From Escherichia coli (GTDB taxonomy: Bacteria > Pseudomonadota > Gammaproteobacteria > Enterobacterales > Enterobacteriaceae): a DNA stretch of 64,000 nucleotides. Positions 1 through 11,242 of this stretch are shown here, piece by piece (within the stretch, counting starts at the first letter, position 1; each line of letters starts with the position of its first letter). The stretch is from assembly GCF_013122565.1 (NCBI RefSeq), contig NZ_CP053258.1; one strand, given 5' to 3'. A model generated the notes under the pieces. That model saw only the letters and a program-made list of their open reading frames with translations. It did not search any database and was not told the DNA's origin. A program made the position numbers and the translations under genes.

Positions 1-191
1 CGGCATTAATTGAAAGTGGGGAACTGGAAAGCGCGATTGGCCTGCCGATGAATAAAGAAACCAGCCATGTGATGCTGTGCGGCAATCCACAGATGGTGCG
101 CGATACACAACAGTTGCTGAAAGAGACCCGGCAGATGACGAAACATTTACGTCGCCGACCGGGCCATATGACAGCGGAGCATTACTGGTAA
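1..191 (+). CDS. fpr: ferredoxin-NADP+ reductase, C-terminal fragment (5' end outside window)
   Basis: Frame-3 translation ends ...QMTKHLRRRPGHMTAEHYW*, matching the Fpr C-terminus; stop TAA 189-191; not in ORF track because the start is off-window. Confidence 0.85.
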   Translation, partial: ALIESGELESAIGLPMNKETSHVMLCGNPQMVRDTQQLLKETRQMTKHLRRRPGHMTAEHYW

Positions 192-195
192 GCGG

Positions 196-624
196 TTACT
201 TATCGATAAACGGCACGATGAGCAAATCCGCACTCATCTTATTGATCATCCCGCGATATGCCGGCATCAAACGGTTGATAAATGAGTGATGATGACCACA
301 GACAAGGAGGTCGCACTGCTCTTTTTGCATAATTTCCAGCAGTGTTTCCGGCATTTCTCCGCGTTCAATACGCAGTTTTGTCTTCGGCCATTGAATATTT
401 TTCGTCAGTTTATACAGCTTGTTATCCGACTTATTCTTCAACAATTGAAGAATATCTTCTGTTGCAGGGAAGTAGATACCCGGATACAACTCGCTTAAGC
501 CATCATCAATATGAATTAACGTCAGGTGAGCGTCATTATGTCTGGCGAGCTCCAGAGCTTTATTCACCAGTAAGGCATCTTCTTCATTCCCGGAAATTGC
601 CACGCCAATGTGTTTATAAGCCAT
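196..624 (-). CDS. uspD: universal stress protein D
   Basis: 142-aa [19 protein letters not shown]..., Usp fold; position fpr-adjacent as in K-12. Confidence 0.9.
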
Positions 625-650
625 GTTTAACTCCTTCTAAAGCAACTCCA

Positions 651-950
651 TCAAGCTAACGAACGCAGTGATAACTCAAAAATAATCATCTCGGCCTGGC
701 ATGAGAAAGTGAAGGCCGCATCAAGCTCAACTTGCCCCTCCAGATCCTTAATCTTGTAGGCCACGCTGGCCCCTTCATCTGCAGAGGATGCAGCGGCGGC
801 AAGCTCTTTCAGTTTGGTCATAAAAGACTCTGCTTCTTCGCGGGTGGCAAAAAAGCGCGAAAACTTACTGGTACAGTTGTCGTTATCAATCACCGTACCG
901 ATATCAATCGCACATCCTTTAGTACTGCATTTATCTACGACATCTTTCAT
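651..950 (-). CDS. yiiS: DUF406 family protein YiiS
   Basis: 99-aa ORF; synteny between uspD and yiiR. Confidence 0.85.
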   Translation of the reverse strand: MKDVVDKCSTKGCAIDIGTVIDNDNCTSKFSRFFATREEAESFMTKLKELAAAASSADEGASVAYKIKDLEGQVELDAAFTFSCQAEMIIFELSLRSLA

Positions 951-1161
951 AGGGCACCTCTGTATATTCGCCTCTCTGTCGATTACGACTTAAGAATAAT
1001 GCGCCGTTAAGGGAAGAACAAACAAGTAATGATCTTATGGATTACCATTTTTTTTGATATTGCTTAAGGTGAAGAGTTCAGAAGGATTTTCCGGGTATTG
1101 TCATTTGCATCGTGGAAATAACAATCCCGGAAAAAAATAGCAGTAAGAGATATATTAAAGG

Positions 1162-1602
1162 TTAATTACTTGATTTATTGTCGGCTTTATACTTCACATC
1201 CTGAGTATCTTTACCATATTTATTTTCGCCTTGTGTGCCAACAAACGCACCAAGATCGATAAGCATCATCACCAGAATCAACGTCGGAACAAAACGCCCC
1301 ACCGCCCATTGCCAGACACCCGGTAAAATCGCCCAGTTACCCGCCAGCAGCATCCACGCCACAATCATCAGAAATGCCCATGCGCCGGAACGCCCGCGAT
1401 CATGCAAGCGCTTAACGGTTACTGCCGCTGTTGGCCAGAGCAAGCACACCAGGCAAAACGCCGCGGTCTGAATATCGAGTAAATTTTTACCCGCCAGTGA
1501 GAAAAGCACCAGCATGCCTGCGAACCACAGGCCTATCCAAATCCAGAAATCACGGCGTCCAATACGCCCTTTAAATGAGAATAACCATTGCTGTATGGTC
1601 AT
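1162..1602 (-). CDS. yiiR: DUF805 inner membrane protein YiiR
   Basis: 146-aa hydrophobic ORF; synteny. Confidence 0.85.
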   Translation of the reverse strand: MTIQQWLFSFKGRIGRRDFWIWIGLWFAGMLVLFSLAGKNLLDIQTAAFCLVCLLWPTAAVTVKRLHDRGRSGAWAFLMIVAWMLLAGNWAILPGVWQWAVGRFVPTLILVMMLIDLGAFVGTQGENKYGKDTQDVKYKADNKSSN

Positions 1603-1702
1603 GTAAGTTCCTTGATGGTTGTCTTTTCCAGGATTCTACCCTTTTGACAAGGGCGACAGATATCGTTTTAATCGGAGCCAGTCATAACAAAAGGTACTGT
1701 CA

Positions 1703-2302
1703 ATGAAGCCAGGGTGTACGCTGTTTTTTCTCTTATGTTCTGCATTAACCGTTACAACAACGGCGCATGCACAAACACCAGATACGGCAACGACCGCGCC
1801 TTATCTGCTGGCTGGAGCCCCTACTTTCGATCTCTCCATCAGCCAGTTTCGAGAAGACTTTAACAGCCAGAATCCCAGCCTGCCACTGAACGAATTTCGT
1901 GCCATCGACAGCAGTCCCGACAAAGCCAATCTCACTCGTGCTGCCAGTAAAATTAACGAGAACTTGTATGCTTCTACAGCGCTGGAGCGCGGTACCTTAA
2001 AAATCAAAAGCATTCAAATGACCTGGCTACCCATCCAGGGGCCAGAGCAAAAAGCCGCGAAAGCGAAAGCTCAAGAATACATGGCAGCGGTGATCCGCAC
2101 ACTCACCCCATTAATGACCAAAACACAAAGCCAGAAAAAACTGCAGTCACTACTAACGGCGGGGAAAAACAAACGTTATTACACCGAGACAGAAGGTGCA
2201 CTGCGTTATGTGGTCGCGGACAACGGCGAAAAGGGGCTGACCTTCGCTGTTGAACCGATTAAGCTGGCGCTATCTGAATCGCTTGAAGGTTTGAATAAAT
2301 GA
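1703..2302 (+). CDS. yiiQ: DUF1454 secreted protein YiiQ
   Basis: 199-aa ORF with N-terminal signal peptide (…TTTAHA/QT); synteny upstream of tpiA. Confidence 0.85.
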   Translation: MKPGCTLFFLLCSALTVTTTAHAQTPDTATTAPYLLAGAPTFDLSISQFREDFNSQNPSLPLNEFRAIDSSPDKANLTRAASKINENLYASTALERGTLKIKSIQMTWLPIQGPEQKAAKAKAQEYMAAVIRTLTPLMTKTQSQKKLQSLLTAGKNKRYYTETEGALRYVVADNGEKGLTFAVEPIKLALSESLEGLNK

Positions 2303-2409
2303 CAAAAAGCAAAGCCTTTGTGCCGATGAATCTCTATACTGTTTCACAGACCTGCTGCCCTGCGGGGCGGCCATCTTCCTTTATTCGCTTATAAGCGTGG
2401 AGAATTAAA

Positions 2410-3177
2410 ATGCGACATCCTTTAGTGATGGGTAACTGGAAACTGAACGGCAGCCGCCACATGGTTCACGAGCTGGTTTCTAACCTGCGTAAAGAGCTGG
2501 CAGGTGTTGCTGGCTGTGCGGTTGCAATCGCACCACCGGAAATGTACATCGATATGGCGAAGCGTGAAGCTGAAGGCAGCCACATCATGCTGGGTGCGCA
2601 AAACGTGGACCTGAACCTGTCCGGCGCATTCACCGGTGAAACCTCTGCTGCTATGCTGAAAGACATCGGCGCACAGTACATCATCATCGGTCACTCTGAA
2701 CGTCGTACTTACCACAAAGAATCTGACGAACTGATCGCGAAAAAATTCGCGGTGCTGAAAGAGCAGGGCCTGACTCCGGTTCTGTGCATCGGTGAAACCG
2801 AAGCTGAAAACGAAGCGGGCAAAACTGAAGAAGTTTGCGCACGTCAGATCGACGCGGTACTGAAAACTCAGGGTGCTGCGGCATTCGAAGGTGCGGTTAT
2901 CGCTTACGAACCTGTATGGGCAATCGGTACTGGCAAATCTGCAACTCCGGCTCAGGCACAGGCTGTTCACAAATTCATTCGTGACCACATCGCTAAAGTT
3001 GACGCCAACATCGCTGAACAAGTGATCATTCAGTACGGCGGTTCTGTAAATGCTTCTAATGCTGCAGAACTGTTCGCTCAGCCGGATATCGACGGCGCGC
3101 TGGTTGGTGGTGCGTCTCTGAAAGCTGACGCCTTCGCAGTAATCGTTAAAGCTGCAGAAGCGGCTAAACAGGCTTAA
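2410..3177 (+). CDS. tpiA: triosephosphate isomerase
   Basis: 255-aa [20 protein letters not shown]... with IGHSERR and [11 protein letters not shown] motifs. Confidence 0.97.
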
Positions 3178-3186
3178 GTCTGACAG

Positions 3187-3220
3187 GTGCCGGATTTCAT
3201 ATCCGGCACTTACTTTCCTT
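3187..3220 (+). terminator. intrinsic terminator after tpiA
   Basis: 9-bp stem gtgccggat/atccggcac with loop ttcat, followed by T-rich tract. Confidence 0.6.
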
Positions 3221-3231
3221 AACTCTTCGCC

Positions 3232-3987
3232 TTAACGCAAAATCTCACACTGATGATCCTGAATTTCCTCGGCTGAAGCACGGTTAAGCGTCAGTAGATT
3301 TCGTTGTGTCGCCAGCAATACAAATGAGTTATCACTCTGCCGTACCATCGCCAGCCCGTAGCTTCCCATATGTTCCCGCGCCTCAGGTACTTCTTCTGCC
3401 AGCATCATAAATGGGCTGCGTTGTACCAGTTCGCTTTCCGTTACCCGACGCGCCAGGTATTCATGCCCGCGCAAACCACCTGGCAGTGGCAACCAGCGGC
3501 TGCTGATGTTCGCCAGATTGTTATCCAGTTGTTCGCGCACATCAGGACGAATACAAGAGATATGAATATGAAAATGGTTTTGCGTACGCCCGGTGCGGGA
3601 GTTGATCGCCAAAGAAACCGCGCGATCGGGAACCGGCTGGCCGTACTTTTTGCTCATAAAATCACGCGCCTGCCAGGCCAACCAAAAGAAGTTCGGCGTT
3701 GAAGGATCGGTCAACAAAGGACTTTCAGTACCGTTAATACGATACGTTGGCATCAACAGATATTGCAGTGGGCCATTAAGATCTTTTAAAACCACGTATC
3801 CGGCATTGGGTTTGACTTCCGCACATGGCGAAGGATTTTGATTTTGCTGCTGATTGGGCAAACATTCCTCAAGGACAATCTTACGTAATGTATCCGACTC
3901 TTCACCGGTTAATTTCCAGTAACCAATACCGGCAGCCACAACGGCGATAACTATCATCACCAAAAAAAGAAGACCCGCTTTTTTCAT
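3232..3987 (-). CDS. cdh: CDP-diacylglycerol pyrophosphatase
   Basis: ORF-track 315-aa ORF trimmed to the internal ATG (3985-3987) giving [13 protein letters not shown]... 251 aa; the upstream extension overlaps sbp. Confidence 0.9.
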   Translation of the reverse strand: MKKAGLLFLVMIVIAVVAAGIGYWKLTGEESDTLRKIVLEECLPNQQQNQNPSPCAEVKPNAGYVVLKDLNGPLQYLLMPTYRINGTESPLLTDPSTPNFFWLAWQARDFMSKKYGQPVPDRAVSLAINSRTGRTQNHFHIHISCIRPDVREQLDNNLANISSRWLPLPGGLRGHEYLARRVTESELVQRSPFMMLAEEVPEAREHMGSYGLAMVRQSDNSFVLLATQRNLLTLNRASAEEIQDHQCEILR

Positions 3988-4041
3988 CTTTTTTTCCCTG
4001 TACCTCAAAGAGATGCAAGGGTAACGCAAAATCGTGACAAA

Positions 4042-4071
4042 TAAAAAACCCGGTCGCGAGAAACCACCGGG
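4042..4071 (-). terminator. intrinsic terminator after sbp
   Basis: minus-strand hairpin cccggt/accggg followed by a U-run (A-run 4042-4048 on + strand). Confidence 0.6.
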
Positions 4072-4093
4072 TTTGATAATTATCCTGGAGAAA

Positions 4094-5083
4094 TCAGCGT
4101 TTGCTGATCTGATCGAACGTACCGCCGTTAGCAAAATGCTCTTTTTGCGCTTTCGTCCAGCCGCCGAACTCTTCATCAATGGTGAATAACTTCAGCTTTG
4201 GAAACGCATTTTCGTACTTTTTCGCTACTTCAGCGTCGCGCGGACGGTAGTAGTTTTTCGCGGCAATTTCCTGACCTTCTGGCGAGTAGAGATATTTCAG
4301 GTAGGCTTCCGCCACCTCTTTGGTGCCTTTTTTCTCGACCACTTTATCGACCACCGACACGGTTGGCTCTGCGAGGATAGACTCACTCGGCGTGACGATT
4401 TCGAATTTATCTTTCCCCAGTTCATTCGCTGCCAGCAGAGCTTCGTTTTCCCAGGCAATCAGTACATCGCCAATTCCGCGCTCGACAAAAGTGTTAGTGG
4501 AGCCGCGCGCGCCAGAATCCAGAACTTCGACGTTTTTATACAGTGCCCGAACAAAATCCTGTGCTTTTGCCTGATCGTTGTTGTTGTGATGCAGCGCGTA
4601 GCCCCAGGCTGCCAGGTAGTTCCAGCGTGCGCCACCAGAGCTTTTCGGATTAGGCGTGATCACCGAAACACCCGGTTTAATCAGATCGTTCCAGTCATGG
4701 ATCTGCTTCGGATTGCCCTTACGTACCAGGAAAACAATGGTGGAAGTGTACGGTGCGGAGTTATCCGGCAGACGTTTGATCCACTCTTTATCAATCCGCC
4801 CGCGTTCCGCAATTGCGTCCACGTCATAGGCCAGAGCCAGCGTGACAACATCAGCTTCAATACCGTTGATTACCGACGTCGCTTGTTTGCCTGAACCACC
4901 GTGGGACTGACGGATCACCACGTTATCGCCAGTTTGCTGTTTCCAGTGGGCGCTGAATGCCTTGTTGTACTGTTCGTACAATTCGCGCGTTGGATCATAT
5001 GAAACGTTAAGAAGCTGAATATCCTTTGCCATAACGCTGGTTGCCGCCAGCAAAAATGTTAACCCTACGCCCCACTTGTTCAT
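4094..5083 (-). CDS. sbp: periplasmic sulfate-binding protein
   Basis: 329-aa ORF with signal peptide [19 protein letters not shown]; synteny. Confidence 0.95.
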
Positions 5084-5247
5084 CGCCTGACTCTCTTATG
5101 TTGTGTTGTGATGAGCAAAGCGTGCCAGAAGGTTAACCAAACATTAAAGAATAAAAAAAGATTGGCTATAACTTGCGGGTATATGTTGGGGGTTAAAAAG
5201 GCGGAAGAAATCCGCCTCATATTGCTGACAAAGTGCGCTTTATCGAT

Positions 5248-5346
5248 GCCGGATGCGGCGCGAACGCCTTATCCGGCCTACAAAAGCTTGTAAATTCAAT
5301 AAATTGTAGAATTCATGTAGGCCTGATAAGCGAAGCGCATCAGGCC
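5248..5346. repeat. REP/BIME element (two REP palindromes)
   Basis: gccggatgcggcgcgaacgccttatccggcctaca and gtaggcctgataagcgaagcgcatcaggcc, canonical enterobacterial REP sequences. Confidence 0.85.
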
Positions 5347-5401
5347 TTTTTGCTTCTGTCATCGGTTTCAGGCTAAAGGAATCTGCCTTTTTCCGAAATC
5401 A

Positions 5402-6364
5402 TTAATACAGTTTTTTCGCGCAGTCCAGCCAGTCGCCTTTGAACGGACGCTTCATGTTTTCGATAGCGTCGATGATGTCGTGGTGAACCAGCTGTTCGTT
5501 CTGGATACCTACGCAACGACCGCCGTAACCTGCCAGCAGCAGATCGATAGCGTAAGCGCCCATACGGGAAGCCAGAATACGGTCGTAAGGCACCGGAGAA
5601 CCACCGCGCTGGATGTGGCCCAGCACAGTTGCGCGGGTTTCACGACCGGTTTCTTTCTCGATGAAATGCGCCAGTTCGTCAACATCACACATATGTTCGG
5701 TAATCGCCACGATCGCGTGTTTTTTACCTTTCGCGATACCCGCTTTGATTTCGTTTACCAGGTCTTCACGGCTGAATTCAACTTCCGGAACCACAACGAA
5801 TTCACAGCCACCGGCAATGGCCGCAGCCAACGTCAGATCGCCACAATAACGGCCCATCACTTCCACCACGGAAATACGCTGGTGAGAAGAAGAGGTGTCA
5901 CGCAGACGGTCGATCGCTTCTACAACGGTGCTCAGCGCAGTGAAGAAACCGATAGTGTAGTCAGTGCCTTTGATGTCGTTGTCGATAGTGCCCGGCAGAC
6001 CGATGCACGGGAAGCCCATTTCGGTCAGACGCATTGCACCCATGTAGGAACCGTCACCGCCGATAACCACCAGCGCGTCGATACCACGTTTTTTCAGGTT
6101 TTCGATAGCCACGGCGCGGATGTTCTCGTCGCGGAATTCCGGGAAACGCGCAGAACCGAGGAACGTACCGCCACGGTTGATCATGTCAGAAACGCTGTAA
6201 CGGTCTAGCTGTACCATACGGTCTTCATACAGACCCAGATAGCCGTCATAAATACCCATTACTTCCAGACCTTCTGTCAGCGCAGAACGAACAACCCCGC
6301 GAATTGCGGCGTTCATGCCTGGCGCATCACCGCCGCTTGTCAACACACCGATTTTCTTAATCAT
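5402..6364 (-). CDS. pfkA: 6-phosphofructokinase I
   Basis: ORF trimmed to ATG at 6362-6364 giving [23 protein letters not shown]..., 320 aa. Confidence 0.97.
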
Positions 6365-6544
6365 GACTACCTCTGAACTTTGGAATGCAAAATGAAATCT
6401 GTTGCCGGAAGTCTTCTTACACATCGAAGTGATCCAACGAATGTGCAAATAGTATAACAATCACTTCCTGCTGAATTGATTCAGGTCAGGCCAAATGGCG
6501 GTATTTTATACACAAAATGCGGGTCTGGCTCTCTTTTATACTGA

Positions 6545-7447
6545 TTATGAAAGCATAGACCGTTTACCCTCCCTGGGTACGACGGAACAGGGGTCCTGAT
6601 GGATAATCACATCCGATCCCGGAAAACGCCGTAAAATAGCCTGCTCTACCTGATCCGCCACCATATGTGCCTGAACCAAAGGCAGAGAGTCTTCCATTTC
6701 CAAATGAATCTGAATAAAGCGGGTCGGCCCTGACTGCCGCGTGCGAAGATCGTGAGCGCCGCTAACACCCGGCCAGGAAGTCACGATATCAATAATTTCT
6801 TGCCGTTCCTCATCAGGTAATGCGCGATCCAGTAATGACTGTACCGCCTCATATCCCATGCGTAACGCGCTATATAAAATATAGATGCCGATTCCCAATG
6901 CAAACAGAGCATCGGCGCGATGCCAGCCGTACCAGGACAACCCCAGCGCCAGCAGAATTGCGCCGTTCATCATAACATCAGACTGGTAATGTAGCATATC
7001 AGCCCGCACCGCCTGGCTTTGCGTCCGGCGCACCACCCAACGCTGAAACGAGACAAGGATAATCGTACAAATTAGCGCCACAATTGTCACGATAACCCCG
7101 ACGCCTGGATCTGTCATCGGTGTTGGAGATATCAGATGTTGAATACCCGTCAAAAACAGGAATAGTGCCGAACCGGAGATAAACATACTTTGCGCCAGCG
7201 CCGCGAGGGACTCAGCTTTACCGTGACCAAACGAGTGATTATCGTCGGCAGGTTGCAGGGAATATCGCACCACCAGTAAATTCGTCAACGACGCGCCGAT
7301 ATCCACCAGCGAATCCACCAGCGCGGCGAGAATACTCACCGACCCGGTATACCACCATGCAAAAATTTTAATCAGCAATAGCAGCGAAGCCATCGCCGTC
7401 GCAGCAATCGCCGCCCGACTGACCAGCCGTCCATAAGATTGATTCAT
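6545..7447 (-). CDS. fieF: cation diffusion facilitator (Fe/Zn efflux) FieF
   Basis: ORF trimmed to ATG at 7445-7447 ([18 protein letters not shown]...), 300 aa; the ORF-track start is a TTG upstream. Confidence 0.93.
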
Positions 7448-7528
7448 AAATACTCCCGCTATCAACTGACGCTAGTATAACGGAAGCAAATCATCTGCAA
7501 TGCATTAAGCAGCAGGCAAATTGAGGAT

Positions 7529-7555
7529 AAAAAAAACCCCCACATCATGTGGGGG
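7529..7555 (-). terminator. cpxP intrinsic terminator
   Basis: minus-strand hairpin cccccacatgatgtggggg followed by a U-run (A-run 7529-7536 on + strand). Confidence 0.75.
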
Positions 7556-7592
7556 AAGACAGGGATGGTGTCTATGGCAAGGAAAACAGGGT
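7530..7592 (-). ncRNA. cpxQ: CpxQ sRNA (cpxP 3'UTR-derived), probable
   Basis: about 60 nt between the cpxP stop and its terminator; CpxQ is known to be processed from the cpxP 3'UTR; exact 5' end not determinable from sequence. Confidence 0.5.
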
Positions 7593-7595
7593 TTA

Positions 7596-8096
7596 CTACT
7601 GGGAACGTGAGTTGCTACTACTCAATAGCTTCAACGATGAACTTTTTTGCCATTGCGTCACGTCACGCAACTGCTCCATTCGTTGTTGATGTTTCTCGTT
7701 TAAAACCGCTTGCTGCTCCGGCGTTAACAGGCGATACATTTGGTTGCGGACTTTTGCCATCTCAACCTGACGAGCAATTTGCTCATTCGCCATTTTTTCT
7801 GCCTGTGCGCGCACAGCGTTTTCATCAAAATTTTCTGCGGTGACAAGGCGATGCATTGTCTCCAGTTCGCTAACATTAACAGGAGGCTGTTCGTGCCGGG
7901 CCTGTTGCATAAGATCTCGCATCTGCTGACGCTGATGTTCGGTTAAACTTATGCCGTCGAACATATGGCTCTGCGTACTGCGCTGCGTAAGTTCTTCACC
8001 CGGATGCCAGTTATCGCCTGAACCGACTTCAGCAGCGTGGCTTAATGAACTGACTGCCAGCGTTGAGGCCATGACGGCAGCGGTAACTATGCGCAT
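7596..8096 (-). CDS. cpxP: periplasmic Cpx pathway inhibitor/adaptor CpxP
   Basis: 166 aa from the second Met ([21 protein letters not shown] signal peptide); divergent from cpxRA. Confidence 0.93.
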
Positions 8097-8175
8097 CATT
8101 TGCTCCCAAAATCTTTCTGTCGCGATTCAACGATAGAGAGTTTACGATTCAGGCTGCAAACATGCGTCAGGGGGT

Positions 8176-8190
8176 GTAAAACAACGTAAA
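8176..8190. promoter_or_regulatory. CpxR-P binding box in cpxP-cpxR divergent promoter
   Basis: GTAAAacaacGTAAA, a perfect match to the tandem GTAAA-N5-GTAAA CpxR consensus; a further GTAAA half-site on the opposite strand near 8141-8150. Confidence 0.7.
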
Positions 8191-8245
8191 GTCATGGATT
8201 AGCGACGTCTGATGACGTAATTTCTGCCTCGGAGGTATTTAAACA

Positions 8246-8944
8246 ATGAATAAAATCCTGTTAGTTGATGATGACCGAGAGCTGACTTCCCTATTAAAGG
8301 AGCTGCTCGAGATGGAAGGCTTCAACGTGATTGTTGCCCACGATGGGGAACAGGCGCTTGATCTTCTGGACGACAGCATTGATTTACTTTTGCTTGATGT
8401 AATGATGCCGAAGAAAAATGGTATCGACACATTAAAAGCACTTCGCCAGACACACCAGACGCCTGTCATTATGTTGACGGCGCGCGGCAGTGAACTTGAT
8501 CGCGTTCTCGGCCTTGAGCTGGGCGCAGATGACTATCTCCCGAAACCGTTTAATGATCGTGAGCTGGTGGCACGTATTCGCGCGATCCTGCGCCGTTCGC
8601 ACTGGAGCGAGCAACAGCAAAACAACGACAACGGTTCACCGACACTGGAAGTTGATGCCTTAGTGCTGAATCCAGGCCGTCAGGAAGCCAGCTTCGACGG
8701 GCAAACGCTGGAGTTAACCGGCACTGAGTTTACCCTGCTCTATTTGCTGGCACAGCATCTGGGTCAGGTGGTTTCCCGTGAGCATTTAAGCCAGGAAGTG
8801 CTGGGCAAACGCCTGACGCCTTTCGACCGCGCTATCGATATGCACATTTCCAACCTGCGTCGTAAACTGCCGGATCGTAAAGATGGTCACCCGTGGTTTA
8901 AAACCTTGCGTGGTCGCGGCTATCTGATGGTTTCTGCTTCATGA
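8246..8944 (+). CDS. cpxR: response regulator CpxR
   Basis: 232-aa OmpR-family ORF MNKILLVDDDRELTSLLKELL...; 4-nt overlap with cpxA. Confidence 0.97.
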   Translation: MNKILLVDDDRELTSLLKELLEMEGFNVIVAHDGEQALDLLDDSIDLLLLDVMMPKKNGIDTLKALRQTHQTPVIMLTARGSELDRVLGLELGADDYLPKPFNDRELVARIRAILRRSHWSEQQQNNDNGSPTLEVDALVLNPGRQEASFDGQTLELTGTEFTLLYLLAQHLGQVVSREHLSQEVLGKRLTPFDRAIDMHISNLRRKLPDRKDGHPWFKTLRGRGYLMVSAS

Positions 8945-10314
8945 TAGGCAGCTTAACCGCGCGCATCTTCGCCATCTTCTGGCTGACGCTGGCGCTGGTG
9001 TTGATGTTGGTTTTGATGTTGCCCAAGCTCGATTCACGCCAGATGACCGAGCTTCTGGATAGCGAACAGCGTCAGGGGCTGATGATTGAGCAGCATGTTG
9101 AAGCGGAGCTGGCGAACGATCCGCCCAACGATTTAATGTGGTGGCGGCGTCTGTTCCGGGCGATTGATAAGTGGGCACCGCCAGGACAGCGTTTGTTATT
9201 GGTGACCACCGAAGGCCGCGTGATCGGCGCTGAACGCAGCGAAATGCAGATCATTCGTAACTTTATTGGTCAGGCCGATAACGCCGATCATCCGCAGAAG
9301 AAAAAGTATGGCCGCGTGGAACTGGTCGGTCCGTTCTCCGTGCGTGATGGCGAAGATAATTACCAACTTTATCTGATTCGTCCGGCCAGCAGTTCTCAAT
9401 CCGATTTCATTAACTTACTGTTTGACCGCCCGCTATTACTGCTGATTGTCACCATGTTGGTCAGTACGCCGCTGCTGTTGTGGTTGGCCTGGAGTCTGGC
9501 AAAACCGGCGCGTAAGCTGAAAAACGCTGCCGATGAAGTTGCCCAGGGAAACTTACGCCAGCACCCGGAACTGGAAGCGGGGCCACAGGAATTCCTTGCC
9601 GCAGGTGCCAGTTTTAACCAGATGGTCACCGCGCTGGAGCGCATGATGACCTCTCAGCAACGTTTGCTTTCTGATATCTCTCACGAGCTGCGCACCCCGC
9701 TGACGCGTCTGCAACTGGGTACGGCGTTACTGCGCCGTCGTAGCGGTGAAAGCAAAGAACTGGAGCGTATTGAAACCGAAGCGCAACGTCTGGACAGCAT
9801 GATTAACGACCTGTTGGTGATGTCACGTAATCAGCAGAAAAACGCGCTGGTAAGCGAGACATTGAAAGCTAACCAGTTGTGGGGCGAAGTGCTGGATAAC
9901 GCGGCGTTCGAAGCCGAGCAAATGGGCAAGTCGTTTACGGTTAACTTCCCGCCTGGGCCGTGGCCGTTGTATGGCAACCCGAACGCCCTGGAAAGTGCGC
10001 TGGAAAACATTGTCCGTAATGCTCTGCGTTATTCCCATACGAAGATTGAAGTGGGCTTTGCGGTAGATAAAGACGGTATCACCATTACGGTGGACGACGA
10101 TGGTCCTGGCGTTAGCCCGGAAGATCGCGAACAGATTTTCCGTCCGTTCTATCGGACCGATGAAGCACGCGATCGTGAATCTGGCGGCACGGGCTTAGGG
10201 CTGGCAATTGTTGAAACCGCCATTCAGCAGCATCGTGGCTGGGTGAAGGCAGAAGACAGCCCGCTAGGCGGTTTACGGCTGATGATTTGGTTGCCGCTGT
10301 ATAAGCGGAGTTAA
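8941..10314 (+). CDS. cpxA: sensor histidine kinase CpxA
   Basis: 457-aa ORF with two TM segments, H-box SHELRTPLTR and ATPase G-boxes. Confidence 0.97.
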   Translation: MIGSLTARIFAIFWLTLALVLMLVLMLPKLDSRQMTELLDSEQRQGLMIEQHVEAELANDPPNDLMWWRRLFRAIDKWAPPGQRLLLVTTEGRVIGAERSEMQIIRNFIGQADNADHPQKKKYGRVELVGPFSVRDGEDNYQLYLIRPASSSQSDFINLLFDRPLLLLIVTMLVSTPLLLWLAWSLAKPARKLKNAADEVAQGNLRQHPELEAGPQEFLAAGASFNQMVTALERMMTSQQRLLSDISHELRTPLTRLQLGTALLRRRSGESKELERIETEAQRLDSMINDLLVMSRNQQKNALVSETLKANQLWGEVLDNAAFEAEQMGKSFTVNFPPGPWPLYGNPNALESALENIVRNALRYSHTKIEVGFAVDKDGITITVDDDGPGVSPEDREQIFRPFYRTDEARDRESGGTGLGLAIVETAIQQHRGWVKAEDSPLGGLRLMIWLPLYKRS

Positions 10315-10325
10315 ACTCCGCATTT

Positions 10326-10410
10326 GTAGGCAGGATAAGGCGTTTACGCCGCATCCGGCATTTGAGCAGGATGCCTGATGCGATGCTGGTAGCGTCTTAT
10401 CAGGCCTACA
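10326..10410. repeat. REP/BIME element
   Basis: gtaggcaggataaggcgtttacgccgcatccggca plus gatgcctgatgcgatgctggtagcgtcttatcaggcctaca. Confidence 0.8.
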
Positions 10411-10419
10411 CTCCGGGGG

Positions 10420-11094
10420 TTATTTTCCCCACAACCGGCGTGAAAAATCTTCGATCTTGCCGCTCAGTCGGCGCTTTTGCATCGTCCGCGTCCAGCTTTT
10501 CGATAACCCGGCGGCGGAGAGTAAACGGTGATACTGATCGTCATCAAACGGCATATGCCATGCGATGGCGGCAGCCTCCTGCACGGTCACATCACTGACA
10601 CGGGAAACCAGCTCCAGCGGTGCGTCCGCAGACACTTTCCCCGGCGCTATCACGCTATACAACCACCCCACTTTACCCGTGTTTTGCATCAACTGCGCTA
10701 TATCGCTGATATCAAAATGGTAATTGAGTTTATAGCAAGGCGAGCGTGGCTGGCTGACCTGAATTAATGCCTCTCCCCAGCGGAAAATATCGCCAATATA
10801 AACATTACTTTCCGTCAGGCCGTCGGTTGAGAGATTTTCGCCAAACGCAGGCGCCACAAACAACTCCGCCTGTTCCGGAAATTCCCGCGCCCAGTAGAGA
10901 TAATGCTCACGAGGATAATGACACAGCGCTCTGTCTGGTCCGCCGTGAACCTTTTTCTCCGCCTGCTCGTCACCTTCCAGCCCCAGCTCCGTCAGCATCA
11001 ACTCACCATCAACCTGGATTTTGGCAATTGCGCTGGGTTTGCCTTCGGGATAAGCCTGAATCTTGCCTGTGTATACATCAACCGGATATCGCAT
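10420..11094 (-). CDS. yiiM: MOSC-domain protein YiiM
   Basis: ORF trimmed to ATG at 11092-11094 (MRYPVDVYTGKIQAYPEGK...), 224 aa. Confidence 0.88.
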   Translation of the reverse strand: MRYPVDVYTGKIQAYPEGKPSAIAKIQVDGELMLTELGLEGDEQAEKKVHGGPDRALCHYPREHYLYWAREFPEQAELFVAPAFGENLSTDGLTESNVYIGDIFRWGEALIQVSQPRSPCYKLNYHFDISDIAQLMQNTGKVGWLYSVIAPGKVSADAPLELVSRVSDVTVQEAAAIAWHMPFDDDQYHRLLSAAGLSKSWTRTMQKRRLSGKIEDFSRRLWGK

Positions 11095-11242
11095 CTGTTC
11101 CCTCTCCACGAGAAATTTCCCCATTAGACCATATTTATTTTATGTCAGGCGTGCTGTTTTCGCGGTAAGTATCCAGGCAGGAACTCAATAGCAAACCGGA
11201 CGAACGTTAGTTCATCCGGCGGTGGGGATTAAGGAAGCAGGT

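Noticed and set aside
2422-3021. 199-aa antisense ORF inside tpiA (similar long antisense ORFs at 5480..6208 in pfkA, 34781..35545 and 35813..37009 in fdoG, 51987..52625 in yihS, 56088..56807 in yihQ)
   Set aside because: Shadow ORFs on the opposite strand of well-supported conserved genes; no RBS or independent support.
3232-4179. N-terminally extended ORF-track models (cdh 315 aa overlapping sbp; likewise pfkA, fieF, yiiM, kdgT, rhaD, frvA, yihP, ompL)
   Set aside because: Internal ATG codons with proper RBS spacing give the known protein lengths; the extensions overlap neighbouring genes or REP elements and some begin with TTG/GTG.
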